Assembly: GCF_004010195.1 (NCBI RefSeq) | Contig: NC_057711.1 | Coordinates: forward strand, 82,605,089-82,648,701 | DNA: 43,613 nucleotides | Direction of reading: 5' to 3' | Source of the DNA: Chiloscyllium plagiosum | Taxonomy: Eukaryota | Shown: positions 1 through 12,670 of the stretch, one piece after another | Numbering within the stretch: position 1 is the stretch's first letter | Layout of the letters: each line of letters starts with the position of its first letter | Notes under the pieces: generated by a model | Told to the model about the DNA's origin: nothing | Database searches by the model: none | What the model saw: the letters and a program-made list of their open reading frames with translations, nothing else | Position numbers and translations under genes: made by a program

Positions 1-716
1 TGCTGAACAAAGAGACCTTGGAGTGCAGGTTCATAGCTCCTTGAAAGTGAAGTTGCAGGTAGATAGGATAATGAAGGAGGCATTTGGTATGCTTTCCTTT
101 ATTGGTCAGAGTATTGAGTACAGGAGTTGAGCGGTCATGTTGCGGCTGTACAGGACATTGGTTAGGCCACTGTTGGAATATTGCATGCAATTCTGGTCTC
201 CTTCCTATCAGAAAGATGTTGTGAAACTTGAAAGGGTTCGGAAAAGATTTACAAGGATGTTGCCAGGGTTGGAGGATTTGAGCTATCGGGAGAGGCTGAA
301 CAGGCTGGGGCTGTTTATCCTGGAGCGTCGGAGGCTGAGGAGTGACCTTATAGAGGTTTACAAAATTATGAGGGGCATGGATCGGATAAATAGACAAAGT
401 CTTTTCCCTGGGATCGGGGAGTCCAGAGCTAGAGCACATAGGTTTAGGGTGAGAGGGTAAAGATATAAAAGAGACCTAAGGGGCAACATTTTCACGCAGA
501 GGGTGGTACATGTACGGATTGAGCTGCCAGAGGATGTGGTGGAGGCTGGTACAATTGCAACATTTAAGAGGCATTTGGATGGGTATATGTATAGGAAAGG
601 TTTGGAGGGATATGGGCCGGGTGCTGGCAGGTAGGACTAGATTCAGTTGTGATATCTGGTCGGCATGGACAGGTTGGACCGAAGGGTGTGTTTCCATGCT
701 ATACATCTCTATGACT
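1..716 (+). mobile_element. CR1-clade LINE, 3' part (ORF2 C-terminus and 3' UTR)
   Basis: ORF 137-460 reads LYRTLVRPLLEYCMQFWSP...LERVRKRFTRMLPGL...LERRRLRSDLIEVYKIM, typical of the CR1 ORF2 C-terminus. It ends in a CTATGACT tail. Confidence 0.92.
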
Positions 717-2578
717 GGCAACTAGCCAATGTTGTTCCTTTGTTTAAGATGGGTAACAAGGTTTATCCAGGAAATTATAGATTAGTGACCTTACACCAGT
801 GGTAGGGAAATCATTGGAGAAAATTCATCGGGAGAAGATTTTCTTGGATTTTGAAAAGAACAGGAGGGGTTTTGGCTCACAAATTGTATTGAGCTTTTTG
901 AGTAAGTGGCAAAGGTGATTACTGATGTTAAGGCAGTGGATGTTGTTGACATGGACTTTACTAAAACAGTTAACAAGGTCCCTGACATTATGCTGGTCCA
1001 GCAGATTATGTCACATAGCATCCACAGTCAGTTGATAAACTGGATAAAAAAATTAGCATGGTCACAGAAGACAGAAGGTAGTTGTGGAAGGGTGTTTTTC
1101 TGACTGGAGATTTATGACAAGTGGTGTTCTGCAAGGATCAGTGATGGGACATTTGTTGTTGTAATATATACATAAATGATTTGGATTAAAATGTAGGTGG
1201 TCTGATTATAAGTTTGCAGATAAATTGGTGGTGTTATGGATAGTGAGGAAGGTTGCCAAAGGATATAGTAGGACATAAATCAGTTGGAAAGTTGTGAGGA
1301 GAAATGGCGGTTGGTGTTTTATCAGACAAGTGTGAGTTAATGCATTTTGGGAAGTCAAATGCAAGAGGAAAATGTACAGTAAATAGCAGGACAGTTATGA
1401 GAGTTAATATACAGAGGGATCTCTGATGCAAGCCCATAGCTCCCTGCAAGTGGCAACACAAGTGGATGAGGTGGTAACGAATACATAAAGCAGGCTTATA
1501 CTTGCCTTTATTATTTGGATGAATTTAAAAGTTGGCAAGTCATATTGCAGCTCTATAAGATTTTTGTTAGGCCATATTTGGAATATTGTGTGCAGCTCTG
1601 GTTGTTGCACTATAAGCTATGTGGAGGCTTTGGTGAGTGTGCAGAAAAGGTTTACCAGGATTCTGCCTGGATTGGAGAATATTAGCTGTAAGGAGGGGTT
1701 GGATAGAACATAGAACATCACAGTGCAGTCCAGGCCTTTCAGCTCTCAATGTTGAGCCGACCTGTGGAAACAATCTGAAGCCCATCTAACCTACATTATT
1801 TCATTTCATCCATATGCTTATTCAATGACCATTTAAATGCCTTTAAAGTTGGCAAGTCTATTACTGTTGCAGGCAGTCTATTACTGTTCCATGCCCATAC
1901 TACACTCTGAGTAAAGAAACCACTTCTGACATCTGTCCTATATCTATCACTCCTCATTGTAAAGCTATGTCCCCTTGTGCTAGCCATCACGATCCAAGGA
2001 AAAAGACTCTCACTGTCCAACCTTTCTAACCCTCTGATTATCTTATCTGTCTAAATTAAGTCACCTCTCAACCTTCTTCTCTGTAATGAAAACAACCTCA
2101 AGTCCCTTAACCTTTCCTTGTAAGAACTTCCCTCCATAATCAGGCAACATCCTAGTAAATCCCCTTTGTGCCCTTTCCAAAGCTTCCACATCCTTCCTAT
2201 AACGCGGTGACCAGAACTGCACGCAATACTCCAAGTGCTTGGAGTAACTTGGATTGTTTTCATTCGAGTGTTAGAGGCTGAGGAGTGACCTGATAGATAT
2301 AGATAAAATTATGAGACACTTGGATAAGATGGATAGTCAGAATCTTTTTCTGAGGGTGGAAATGCCAAATGTTTAAAGTCAGAGGGGAAAATTTTAAAGG
2401 AGCTGTGCAGGGCAAGATTTTTACATAGAGGGTGGTAGGTGCCTGGATTACACTGTCCAGGGGAGGCAGTAGAAGCAGATCTGATAGCAATGTTTAAGAG
2501 GCATGTAGACAGACACACAAACAGGTAGGAAATAGAGGCATATGAATCATGTGCAGGAAGCTGGGATTAATTTAGATT
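717..2578 (+). mobile_element. Degenerate CR1 LINE (RT to 3' end), interrupted by a nested CR1 at 1703-2238
   Basis: RT remnants VDVVDMDFTKTVNKVP and VQKRFTRILPGLE. Sequence resumes at about 2239 with ttggattgttttc...aggctgaggagtgacctgatag. Confidence 0.8.
1703..2238 (-). mobile_element. 5'-truncated CR1 LINE, nested insertion
   Basis: tagaacatagaaca tail on the + strand. Minus-strand ORFs contain SYKERLRDLRLFSLQRRRLRGDLI and STRGHSF...FFTQSVVWAWN. Confidence 0.85.
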
Positions 2579-2812
2579 GCTTTACACAGAGGGTGGTGAA
2601 ACTGGAATTCTCCACCATAGAAGACTATGGAGGTGAGGCAACTGATCATAATTAAGAAAGCAATGGATAGATTTCTTGAAACTAAATGTATCAAGAGGCA
2701 TGGGGAATGAGTGGGAATATAGCTTTGAGTTAGAGGATCAGGCATTATCATTTAAATAGCACAGTGGGCTCAATTGGCTGAATGGCCCACTGCTGCTTTT
2801 GTATTTTTATGT
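2579..2812 (+). mobile_element. Short CR1 3' end
   Basis: tttacacagagggtggtgaaactggaattctc...ggctgaatggcccactgctgct matches the other CR1 3' ends in the window. Confidence 0.65.
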
Positions 2813-3563
2813 TTCAAATAAATATACTTAGTGAAAGCTACCAACATAACACTAAAAAAAAATCAAACCATTCATCAGATGAATACCTTAAGTATATATT
2901 TCATAAAATAACGATTCTACACTTATTGGATAAAAATTGTTGGCAGTGCATGTCCAAGTTCCAAAATGCTCCCTGTGAACCAAGCTGTGCACTAAAAGTA
3001 ATGAGGGATAACTCTAGTCTGTTGTCGGCATTCAGACTTTATTGAAAATGGCTGAAGACTGAGATTTGGAAAATTATAGCACTGGAATATTTACTTTACC
3101 AGGTAAAGTAATTTGGTTCATACGTTAACTATAGACTTTTTATATTCAAGTATAAAAGAAGCCATTTTTGAAAATAGTACTTGGAAGTTCATTGGGCTGG
3201 TGAAAAGATCATGTAAGTCAATATAAAGGATATACACAGAGGTGGGATGGATGCCACTTGGTAAGAAATTCTGCTTTAAACACAAACGCAATCCCAAACT
3301 CAGCTCTCAGTCTGTGCCGAGTTGCCTTATTTCACCCGGCAAGGTAATTGTGACTGTACAATTGGCCACTGCATGCCAGAATAAAGGGCTAATACAATGT
3401 GTATTTGAATTCTGTTTTATTACATCTGGATGAAATGTTCATTGGTCTCGATAATGATTAATACCAAACCAGAATATTTAAAATACTTCTCTGACAACAA
3501 CCACAGCACCAAATTGTCTGTTGATATTTTCCATCTGGGTTTCTGCAGAAACAACAATAACTT

Positions 3564-3740
3564 CATAGAATCATAAAATCCCTGCAGTATGGAAGCAGGC
3601 CATTCAGCCCATTGAGCATCCCATCCAGACACACCTCTCTACATCCTGCACTTCCCATGCCTAACCCATCTAGCCTGCACATTCCTGGACACTAGGGGCA
3701 ATTTAATGTGGTCAATCCACCTATCTGCACATCTTTGGAC
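3564..3740 (-). mobile_element. HE1-like SINE, 3' half
   Basis: Reverse complement matches the 3' half of the SINE at 4301-4636 (gtccaaagatgtgcag...aaattgccc). Confidence 0.75.
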
Positions 3741-4300
3741 TTTGTTGAAATGAAAAAGAGCTACTACTGTCTGTGGAGCCATATTCTAGTTACAACATTC
3801 GGAAAAAAGGGAGAAGGTTGGAAATAAAAGTAGTTATTCATTATTTTTAAATTTGGTCTTCACATTTTCAAACGGAAGGTAACATTGAAATTTTCTTCTG
3901 TTTGCAAAAGACTATTGATAGCATAATCTTTTCTAATTACAATTCCACATTTGCACCCATATTTGTGCCATTATTTATTATTAACCCTGATATCTCAATT
4001 AAACATATGGCCTTGATATTGTAGACAGAACATTGGTTTGTTGACCAGAACCTGTTTAGGAACATTTCAAAATTGTACATGTAAAAAATATCTCAAAAAG
4101 GAAATTCTAATCTTCAGAAGGCATCATTGGATTTTCAGTGTACCCTTGTATCAGAGTACTGAAATTTATCAGTCCAAATTTAAAGCAATACATCCTCTCC
4201 AGTTGAAATCTCCTTTTGACATCTGTCTCATAATTTCAATGATACTAAGAACTGGCCAAGATCCCCATATCAGGGAAATGCTGGGAAAATTCTAATTAGT

Positions 4301-4636
4301 GGGCGGCACGGTGGCACAGTGGTTAGCACTGCAGCCTCACAGCGCCAGGGACCCGGGTTCAATTCCCGCCTCAGGCGACTGACTGTGTGGAGTTTGCACG
4401 TTCTCCCCGTGTCTGCGTGGGTTTCCTCCGGGTGCTCCGGTTTCCTCCCATAGTCCAAAGATGTGCAAGTCAGGTGAATTGGCCATGCTAAATTGCCCGT
4501 AGTGTTAGGTAAGGGGTAAATGTAGGGGTATGGGTGGGTTGCGCTTCGGCGGGGCGGTGTGGACTTGTTGGGCCGAAGGGCCTGTTTCCACACTGTAAGT
4601 AATCTAATCTAATCTAATCTAATCTAATCTAATCTA
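4301..4636 (+). mobile_element. Full-length tRNA-derived V-SINE (HE1-like) with (TCTAA)n tail
   Basis: Pol III A box TGGCACAGTGG (4312-4322) and B box GGTTCAATTCC (4356-4366), V-domain gtgtggagtttgcacgttctccccgtgtctgcgtgggtttcctccggg, CR1-like 3' end and pentamer tail. Confidence 0.92.
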
Positions 4637-4668
4637 AATCTGCATCATTTAAATGTAGAGAGACAATT

Positions 4669-5148
4669 AGAGTCATAGAGTCATAGAAATGTACAGCATG
4701 GAAACCGACCCTTCAGTCCAACTCATCCATGCAAACCAGATATCCTAAACTAATCCAGTCTCTTTGCCAGCACTTGGCCCATATCCCTCTAACCCCTTCC
4801 TATTCATATACCCATCCAGATGCCTTTTAAATGCTGTAATTGTACCAGCCACCACCACCTCCTCCTCTGGCAGCTAATTCCATACATGCACCACCCTCTG
4901 TGTGAAAAAATTGCCCTTTCGGTCTCTTTTATATCTTGTCCCTCTCACCCTAAACCTATGCCCTCTAGTTCTGGATTCCCCCACCCCAGGGAAAAGACTT
5001 TGTCTAGTTATCCTATCCCGGTCTCTTATTGTCTTATAAACCTCCATAAGGTCACCCCTCAGCCTCTGACGCTGCAGGGAAAACAGCCCCAGCCCATTCA
5101 GCCACTCCCTATAGCTCAAATTCTTCAACTCTGGCAACATCCTTGTAA
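4669..5148 (-). mobile_element. CR1 LINE 3' end
   Basis: ORF 4874-5140 reads LGLFSLQRQRLRGDLMEVYK...TRGHRFRV...FFTQRVVHVWN, with an agagtcat tail repeat. Confidence 0.9.
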
Positions 5149-5240
5149 GTTATTTTAATAAATCGTTTATATTAATATGCTGTAGATCAGGCTACAATTT
5201 TAACACAAAATAAGTTTTTATCACTGTGATTGCCATCAAT

Positions 5241-5590
5241 GAGGGCGCACTGTGGCTCAGTGGTTAGCATTGCTGCTTCACAGCACCAGGAACCCAGGTT
5301 CAATTCTACCTTTGGGTGAGTGTTTGTGTGGAGTTTGCACATTTTCCCTGTGTGATTTTCCTCCAGGTGCTCCAGTTTCCTCCCACAATCCAAAGATTAA
5401 TTAGGTTGGACATGCTATATTGCCCATAGTGTCCCGGGATGTGCAGGCTGGGTAGTTTAGTCATGAGAAATGCAGGGTTACTGGAATTGAATGGGTCTGG
5501 GTGTGATGCTCTTCGGAGGGTCGGTGTGGCCTCAATGGGCCAAGTGGCCTGCTTCCACACTGTAGGGGTTCTATGAATTCGATTCTATAA
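5241..5590 (+). mobile_element. Diverged HE1-like V-SINE
   Basis: tggctcagtggttagc (A box), ggttcaattct (B box) and V-domain gtgtggagtttgcac. Confidence 0.85.
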
Positions 5591-5747
5591 ATCTAGCAGG
5601 ATGATATCAATTTATATTATAAAATATATTTACAAGCTACATGGTGATATTTTTGTAAAAGTATGTCTTACCTACCTTACTGGCGAAAGTAAACCATTGG
5701 TTTGTTTATTACCATTTTTCACAGGTATCAGGCTTTAATGTCAGTGT

Positions 5748-6117
5748 CTAGATTACAGTGGTGCTGGAAGAGCACAGCAGTTCAGGCAGCATCCGAGGAG
5801 CAGTAAAATCGACATTTCGGGCAAAAGCCCTTCATCAGGAATACAGGCAGAGAGCAGAGAGCCTGAAGGGTGGAGAGATAAGTGAGAGGAGGGTGGGGGT
5901 GGGGAGAAAGTAGCATAGAGTACAATAGGTGAGTGGGGGAGGGGATGAAGGTGATAGGTCGGGGGGGGAGGGGGGAGTGGATAGGTGGAAAAGAAGATAG
6001 GCAGGTAGGACAAGTCATGGGGACAGTACTGAGCTGGAAGTTTGGAACTGGGGTGAGGTGGGGGAAGGGGAAATGAGGAAACTGTTGAAGTCCACATTGA
6101 TGCCCTGGGGTTCCGAA
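5748..6117 (-). mobile_element. Penelope-like element 3' end (end of GIY-YIG region and pLTR with hammerhead)
   Basis: The minus strand encodes PQGINVDFNSF, followed by a C-rich tract and the hammerhead at 5807-5842. A possible short TSD gtcagtg flanks it. Confidence 0.75.
5807..5842 (-). ncRNA. Minimal type I hammerhead ribozyme motif
   Basis: Minus strand reads attc-CTGATGA-a-gggc-tttt-gccc-GAAA-tGTC-gatt, giving the conserved core, stem II and a GUC cleavage triplet. Confidence 0.7.
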
Positions 6118-6155
6118 GTCAGTGCCAATATTCCAACAGCTTCCATTCATTAATT

Positions 6156-6303
6156 ATAGAACATAGAACATTACAGCGCAGTACAGGCCCTTCAGCCCTC
6201 GATGTTGTGCTGACCTGTGGAACCAACCTGAAGCCCATCTAACCTACACTATCCCATTTTCATCCATGTGTTTATCCAATGACAATTTAAATGCCCTTAA
6301 AAT
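6156..6303 (-). mobile_element. Short CR1 3' end
   Basis: tagaacatagaaca tail, similar to 1703-1850. Confidence 0.8.
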
Positions 6304-6561
6304 TGCCCTTATAGCTGCTGGCTGAATTTACTATGCCTGTGGACTGTGATATGATTTTTTTGTTGTGGATGCTTTTTTTGTCTACTAACATTCTATTAAT
6401 TTTAGGCTGTTTCACTGCATTATATGTTTCCATATCGAAAGTTGTTTATTGTTACTTTCAAATACCTCTTCTCTTATCAATGTTTCTCTATTAATATTCT
6501 CCAATGTCTCCTCTCCTGGCATATCAAGAGACAATTTTCTTGACCCTTGGAGAACTTTACA

Positions 6562-7564
6562 GATGTGTGCAACAAGGATTGGTGCTAGGTCCACTGCTTT
6601 TTGTCATTTGTATAAATAATTTGGATGTGAATATAGGAGATATAGTTAGTAAATTTGCAGATGACACCAACGTTGGAGGTGTGGTGGAAAACACAAAATG
6701 TGACTTCAGAGTACAATGGGATCATGATCAGATCTGCCAATGGACAGAGGAGTGGCAGATGGAGTTTAATTCAGATAATTTGAGGTGTTGCATTTTGGAA
6801 AGGCAAATCAGGGCAGGTTTTATACAGTTAATGGTAAGGTCTTGGAGTGTGTTGCTGAACAAAGAGACCTTGGAGTGCAGGTTCATAGTTTCTTGAAAGT
6901 GGAGTCGCAGGTAGATAAAGATACTGAAGCAGGGATTGGTATGCTTTCCTTCATTGGTGAGTGCATTGAGTATAGGAATTGGGAGGACATGTTGCAGCTG
7001 TACAAGACATTGGTTAGGCTACTTTTGGAATATTCTGGTCTCTCTCCTATAGGAAGGATGTTGTGAAACTTGAAAGGGTTCAGAAAAGATTTACAAGGAT
7101 GTTACCAGGTTGAAGGGTTTGAGCTTTTGGGAGAGGCTGAGGTGGAGCCCTGGAGCTATTTTCCCTGGAGCGTCGGAGGCTGAGGGGTGACCTTATAGAG
7201 GTTTATAAAACAATGAGGGGCATGGACAGGATAAACATAACAAAGTCTTTTCCCTGGGGTGGGGGAATCCAGAACTAGAGGGTGAGGTTTAGGGTGAGAG
7301 GGGAAAGATTTAAAAGGGATTTTAAGGGCAACTTTTTTCATGCAGAGGGTGGTGAATGTATGGGATGAGTTGCTAGAGGAAATGGTGGAGGTTGGTGCAA
7401 TTACAACATTTAAAAGGCATCTGGATGGGTATATGAATAGGAAACGTTTGGAGGGATATGGGCCAAGTGCTGGCAAATAGGATTAGATTAATTTAGGATA
7501 TCTGGTCCGCATGGATGAGTTGAACTGAAGAGTCTGTTTCCATGCTATATATATCTATGACTCT
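6562..7564 (+). mobile_element. CR1 LINE, RT C-terminal half to 3' end
   Basis: QGLVLGPLLFVICINNLD...SKFADDT...WQMEFN RT motifs. Its 3' part is nearly identical to 1-716. Confidence 0.92.
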
Positions 7565-8219
7565 AAATATATCAATCTAGAAAATGGGAGAAGACCAAGA
7601 TTATCTAGTCTTGATCATTTTAATGATGTCCCGAATTTACTATGTGAGTTTGTGCTGGTGCTGCGTTTGGGCAATTTAAATGACCTTACAAAGGAAATCC
7701 TGGTGACCCCAGCACTAAATAAATGCTGAAGATTCTTTGTATGTTGCTCTGTATCTAGGCAAGAGGGGTCTAGGTATATCAGCTTTTTAACATCTAACAG
7801 GCTGATTTATTTCTGGTATTCATACAAAAAGGCAGCAATTGGGAAAAGATGGGTTGGTTCCAAAACAGGGACTGGAGTTGGAAGGAACCTTTGAGAATTT
7901 TGGAGTAACTAGCCAGTGTCATTGTTTTGCAGATTCTTTGGTCTATTTGATGTGAAATATGTATTCCAAATTGCCTGTATTCATTTCGCATCAAGCTATA
8001 AGATTGATTTCTTACTGGCCTTTACATCAACTTCCACTCTAGTACTTCATTGAAGTGGCTGTTATTCATACTCATGCTTAGATATTCCAATATAGTTATA
8101 GTTTATACCTGAATGGATTGAAATAAGTGCTTAACTATGTGTTTAGTTACTTAGTTCATCAGAAATGAACATGATAGTATACATGCCTGTATGTTCCTGC
8201 TCCATCACTTGCAGTGATG

Positions 8220-8430
8220 AAATAAAAGCACAAAGTGCTGGAGAAATTCAGCAGGTCCTGCTGCATCTGTGGAGAGAGAAGGAATTTGAAGATAACTCTT
8301 CCTCATATCAGACTTGAGATGTTAAATCTATTTTTCTCTCCAAAGATGCAGCCGGTTTTGCTGAGTTTCTACAGCTCTTTCTGTTTTTTGAATTCACATA
8401 TTTAGAACATCTACAGTATTTTTCTTTTGC
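8220..8430. repeat. Old fold-back (inverted repeat) PLE-derived element
   Basis: gctggagaaattcagcagg...tgcatctgtggagagag pairs imperfectly with ctctccaaagatgca...ttgctgagtttctacagc. Confidence 0.55.
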
Positions 8431-8811
8431 ATGGAGCCATGATCCTGGCAGGATCCAGGGGGATATCCATCTCAGTTAAACTTGCAACCACATTAATAAA
8501 GGAACATTTTAAGCACTTTCCAGATAGAGGAAACTATAAAGAATGGTATTAGCTGGTCATTCCAGAATGTCCAGATTCTGCGCCACATCTGCTTCCCCAG
8601 AAACATCCCACCTTTGGTCCATTATTCTCATTTGTTAAGATTCCTCTCAAAGGCTCCCACAAAAGGACATTACACTTCTCATAAATAATCACCAAACCCA
8701 GAAGTTGGTCCATGTAATGTCTATATTTTGCCAAATATACTGACTGGGAATGGTGCACATATTTTTGTCTGGAAGTGTACCCTTGAGTGGAAAAGGAACA
8801 ACAAATAGCTT

Positions 8812-9058
8812 ACTAAGTAAAAACTAAAAGTACTGCAATTGCTTTAAATCAGAGACAAAAATCGCAATTGTTGGAAAAGCTCAGGAGATCTGGCAGCATC
8901 CATGGAGAGAAATCAGAGTTAACATTTTGGGTTGAGTGACCCTTCCTCAGAATAGTTCTGAGGAAGGGTCACTCGACCTGAAATGTTGAACTTTGATATC
9001 TTCTCCACAGATGCAGTCGGACCTGATGAGCTTTTCCAGCAATTTCTGTTTCTGTCCG
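8812..9058. mobile_element. Miniature fold-back PLE-derived element with TSD
   Basis: Palindrome centred at about 8954 (ccttcctcagaa-tag-ttctgaggaagg) with decayed hammerhead CTGAGGA-a-gggtc-actc-gacct-GAAA. TSD caacaaatagctt at 8799-8811 and 9059-9071. Confidence 0.8.
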
Positions 9059-9426
9059 CAACAAATAGCTTTGATTGTTCATGCCTGAAACAAATAAACA
9101 ATCTCTGCTTGTTTGAAATCCCTTCACTAAGATTTACATGCCCTGTAGCCAAACAAAACATTTTCAGTAACTCCCAGTAAAACAAGCAATGTTGCAGCAC
9201 AGTGGTTATGTGACTGGTCCATTTGGGTTTCTAGTGACCTACAGGCTCCCCCTGGTTGTGGATTTGGTGGTGATACTACTATTGGATCTCAAAGGAAGAT
9301 TGTTAGACTCCCTGTTGTTGGATATGATCTTTGGCTGGCACTTCGTTAGCATGAATTTAGAGTAATTCCAACCTCATTATTCTTGCACAGACCAACTGCC
9401 TAAAACATGGGTTGCTTATATTTAAG

Positions 9427-9589
9427 CTGAAAAATGTGTTGCTGGAAAAGCGCAGCAGGTCAGGCAGCATCAAAGGAGCAGGAGAATCGACGTTTCGGGC
9501 CATAAGCCCTTCTTCAGGAATGAGAAGGGTGTGCCAAGCAGGCTAAAATAAAAGGTAGGGAGGAGGGACTTGGGGGAGGGGCTTTGGGA
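9427..9589 (-). mobile_element. PLE pLTR fragment with hammerhead
   Basis: Same family as the elements at 15540 and 38382. Flanked by atttaag on both sides. Confidence 0.7.
9484..9521 (-). ncRNA. Minimal hammerhead ribozyme motif with intact core
   Basis: Minus strand reads attc-CTGAAGA-a-gggc-ttatg-gccc-GAAAC-GTC-gattc, with palindromic ACGT as stem III. Confidence 0.72.
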
Positions 9590-9592
9590 ATT

Positions 9593-10060
9593 TAAGACCA
9601 TAAGAAGTAGGCTTTCAGCCTATGAGATCATAGCTGAATCAGTAATCCTCAACTCCATTTTCCTACCTTTCTCCCATAACTCTTGATTTCCTTCCTGATT
9701 AGAAATCTATCTATCTCATCATTGAATATACTTAATGACCCAGCCTTGATAGCTTCTTGTAATAAAGAGCTCCATAGATTCAACACCCTCTGAAGGAAGA
9801 AATTCTTGCTCATCACTGTTTAAGGGCAACCCCAACTCTGAAATTATTCCTCCGATCCTAGACTCTCTCATGAGGATAATCAACATCTTTGCCTTGTCAA
9901 GTTCCCTAAGATTCTTGTATGTTTCAGTAAGTTTGTCTTTCCGTCTTCCAAACTATAATAAGTACACGCCCAACCTACTCCAAGTCTCCTCATAAGATAG
10001 TTCTTCCCGACCTGGGATCAATTTAGTGAACCTTTTTCAGAATGTCTCCAAGTCCAGTCC
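9593..10060 (-). mobile_element. Degenerate CR1 3' region
   Basis: aagaccataaga tail and caccctctgaaggaagaaattctt. Similar to 16545-17000. Confidence 0.7.
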
Positions 10061-10067
10061 AATCAAT

Positions 10068-10272
10068 AGCGCTATAACGCAAGAGTTCTGTTCTCTTGCA
10101 ATCCTGTGTCATATAAAAATTGTGTATAACAGCACCATTTAAACTAATGGGGCAGGAATCGCATTATAACCAATACAAGTTTTAAAACTTTGCGCTTTAG
10201 AAACAGTGTTCCCAAATCGTCAAACATGTTCTTTGTGTTAATGAAGCACGCATTATACGGAATGACTTCTAC
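10068..10272. mobile_element. Possible MITE or DNA transposon remnant (Tigger-like)
   Basis: Imperfect terminal inverted motifs gctataacgc and gcattatacgg, with internal gcattataac repeats. Confidence 0.35.
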
Positions 10273-11876
10273 ATCTTTCTTCAGAACCAAATTATTCACA
10301 ATTTTGCAGGTGTTTGCATTCTAATCTCCTGGCTACCCGTGACAGAATGAGGCTGGGTTGATTCTTACCAAACAGTGTCATTAACATGTTTATGGGAACA
10401 GGTAGCCTTTGATTAATTCAGGTGAATGAGGAGAGTTTCTCACAAGTGGTAAAATGAGACATTATTCGATCAGAAACACAAATGATTTTCTGATGGTGTT
10501 TAATAGGTGGAGAAGAACATGAGTGATTTGGTGATTGGGGAAAAAACAACGAACAGTTTTCTGTAAGAGCACTTATATATATCAGAAAAAGACAAAAAAA
10601 CAATCCTGTGGTCTGGCAGAGGATGAACCTATCCTAAACTAACAGTAGAAATCAAACACGTTTAATTGATCCTGCAAGGTATCATTGATTAAGTAACGTT
10701 GTGAATTTTAATGGGTGTCCAGTTTTCACCAGGCAGGTAGGTAGGGTAAAAACGCTAAAGCTAGATACCCAATGCCTGGTGGAAATCTGAAACATCAAAA
10801 GAAAATACTGGAAATACACAACAGGTGAGGAAATATCTGGGGAGAGAAGCAAAGTTAACATTTCATGCCTTCCTGTGGTCTAAGAAATATCAAAAATAGT
10901 ATTCAGATCTGCCCATGGAATATTCTTGTGACTGTTGGGTTTCGTCATGCCCACATTGTGAAATGTGTGATGAGTGGAGTAGTAGAAGAATGCTTGTTAA
11001 TGTGTTAACAACTGTGAATGACCCGTTGAAGAGCAATTGTAAGAACTGGCCTGTTTTTGAGCACAGGAGAATTGGATTATAAAGTGTGTCTTTAGTTTAG
11101 AGCAGGCATTAGTCACTCAGCAGAATAGCATGATCAGCATGATGACCCTTATCGATCAAAAATAATCATTTGTGAACTTTGGGATTATGTGAGGGAAATG
11201 GCTGCAGCATCATCTGTGTTTTTCTCTTCTTTGTATCCTAGCAACAGGAGGTGAAACATCAAAGAGAAGCTTACCTCCACTGGTTCATGTTCAGGGAGTG
11301 CACCCACCCACCCCCAAACTCCCAAACCCCCTCACAAGCTCCAGTGAAATATAAATTCACCTGAATTCAAGTCCAATTGCAGGAAAGTATGTTGATAAAT
11401 TTGAACAGTGAGGTCTAATGTCTCCTTCACATCTGAAGTTTAATTTGCTACCTCCACCAAACCAAGACCACTCCATCCTCATCAATTACATACGAATAAG
11501 GATGGTGATGAGGGCCCAGATCCCTCAGCATATCTCCCACATTTGCATCCAAGGTACTGCTGCTTCCCAGGACTGCTACATGGAAGGTGATTAATGAGAT
11601 TCTTGGAAGAAATAGTCAAGACTCTTCCATTAGAGATGAAAGAGATGGTCAATCTGTTATTGAAAATTCAAGAACCTTACTATATTAGAATGTATTCAAT
11701 CAAGCAAAGCCTCCAGCCATCCAAATGGTATAATGCAGACTCAATTCCAAATTGCTGGTATGTGATCACTTGCATGACTTGGACACTGACAAAGGTGCAT
11801 TAATGATGTGCATCATGTTAGAGACTCAGAGGCAATAAGTGACACTATGCTGTCAAGGAAGGTAAAGAAAATATTG

Positions 11877-12170
11877 TAGAGTCATAGAAGGTTTACAACA
11901 GAGAAAAAAGGCCTCTTGGCTCACACGTCCACAACAATTGCATCAACCACCTAACTATTCTAATTCCATTTTCTAGCACTTGACCCCAGGCTTCTATGTC
12001 TTGGCATATGCATATCTAAATCCTTCTTAAATGCTATTTCTGCCCTTACCACCCTTAAAGTAGTGAGTTACAGATTCACACCACCCACTGGATGAAAAAT
12101 GTATTTCTCACATTTCCTGTAAACATTCTGCCTTTTACATTATATATATGCCTCCTTGTCATTGATCTCT
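11877..12170 (-). mobile_element. Degenerate CR1 3' end
   Basis: tagagtcataga tail and caccacccactggatgaaaaat. Confidence 0.65.
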
Positions 12171-12548
12171 AATTTTGTAATGATTCCAATTAAAACAGCA
12201 GGCTTGGGAATTTGAATGTTCCTAATTTGTATCTTCATAATTTCATCAAAACCCATTGGATTGCTTTAGCCTGATTTGAGTTTGAAATCTTTCAAAAGCC
12301 TTCAACAGTACTTACACTGGTCTCACCTGGTTAGCTCTGTTGAGGCTTTATATAGGAACATTGGGTAAAATGGCCATTGTGAGTATGGGCAGAATCTTAT
12401 AGGGTCTTAAAAAATGTTGATTATGATGAGATTTGTGGTTGAATTGTGTGAACAGTCTGGTGAGGTTGTTCATTTTGTAGGCAGCAGCTTATTGCATGTT
12501 TCATGCATCTGCTTGGTGTCAAGGAAAATGGACTGATGTTAGTCCTCA

Positions 12549-12670
12549 GGAGAAGGTAAGGATTGCAGATGCTGGAGACTCAGAGTTGAAAAGTGTGGCA
12601 CTGGAAAAGCACAGCATCCAAGGAGCAAGAGAGTCGATGTCTCAGGCATAAGCCCTTCCTGATGAAGGCT
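12549..12670 (-). mobile_element. PLE pLTR fragment with the start of a fold-back
   Basis: gcagatgctggag...ctggaaaagcacagcatccaaggagcaag...agcccttc-ctgatgaaggct. Confidence 0.65.

Noticed and set aside
4301..4375. tRNA-like sequence
   Set aside because: It is a SINE head followed by a V-domain and tail, not a tRNA gene.
5753..6150. Proline-rich ORFs
   Set aside because: They arise from the low-complexity C-rich tract of the PLE 3' region.
7795..7910. Possible plus-strand exon after ctaacag
   Set aside because: No recognisable peptide, no clear donor and no partner exons.
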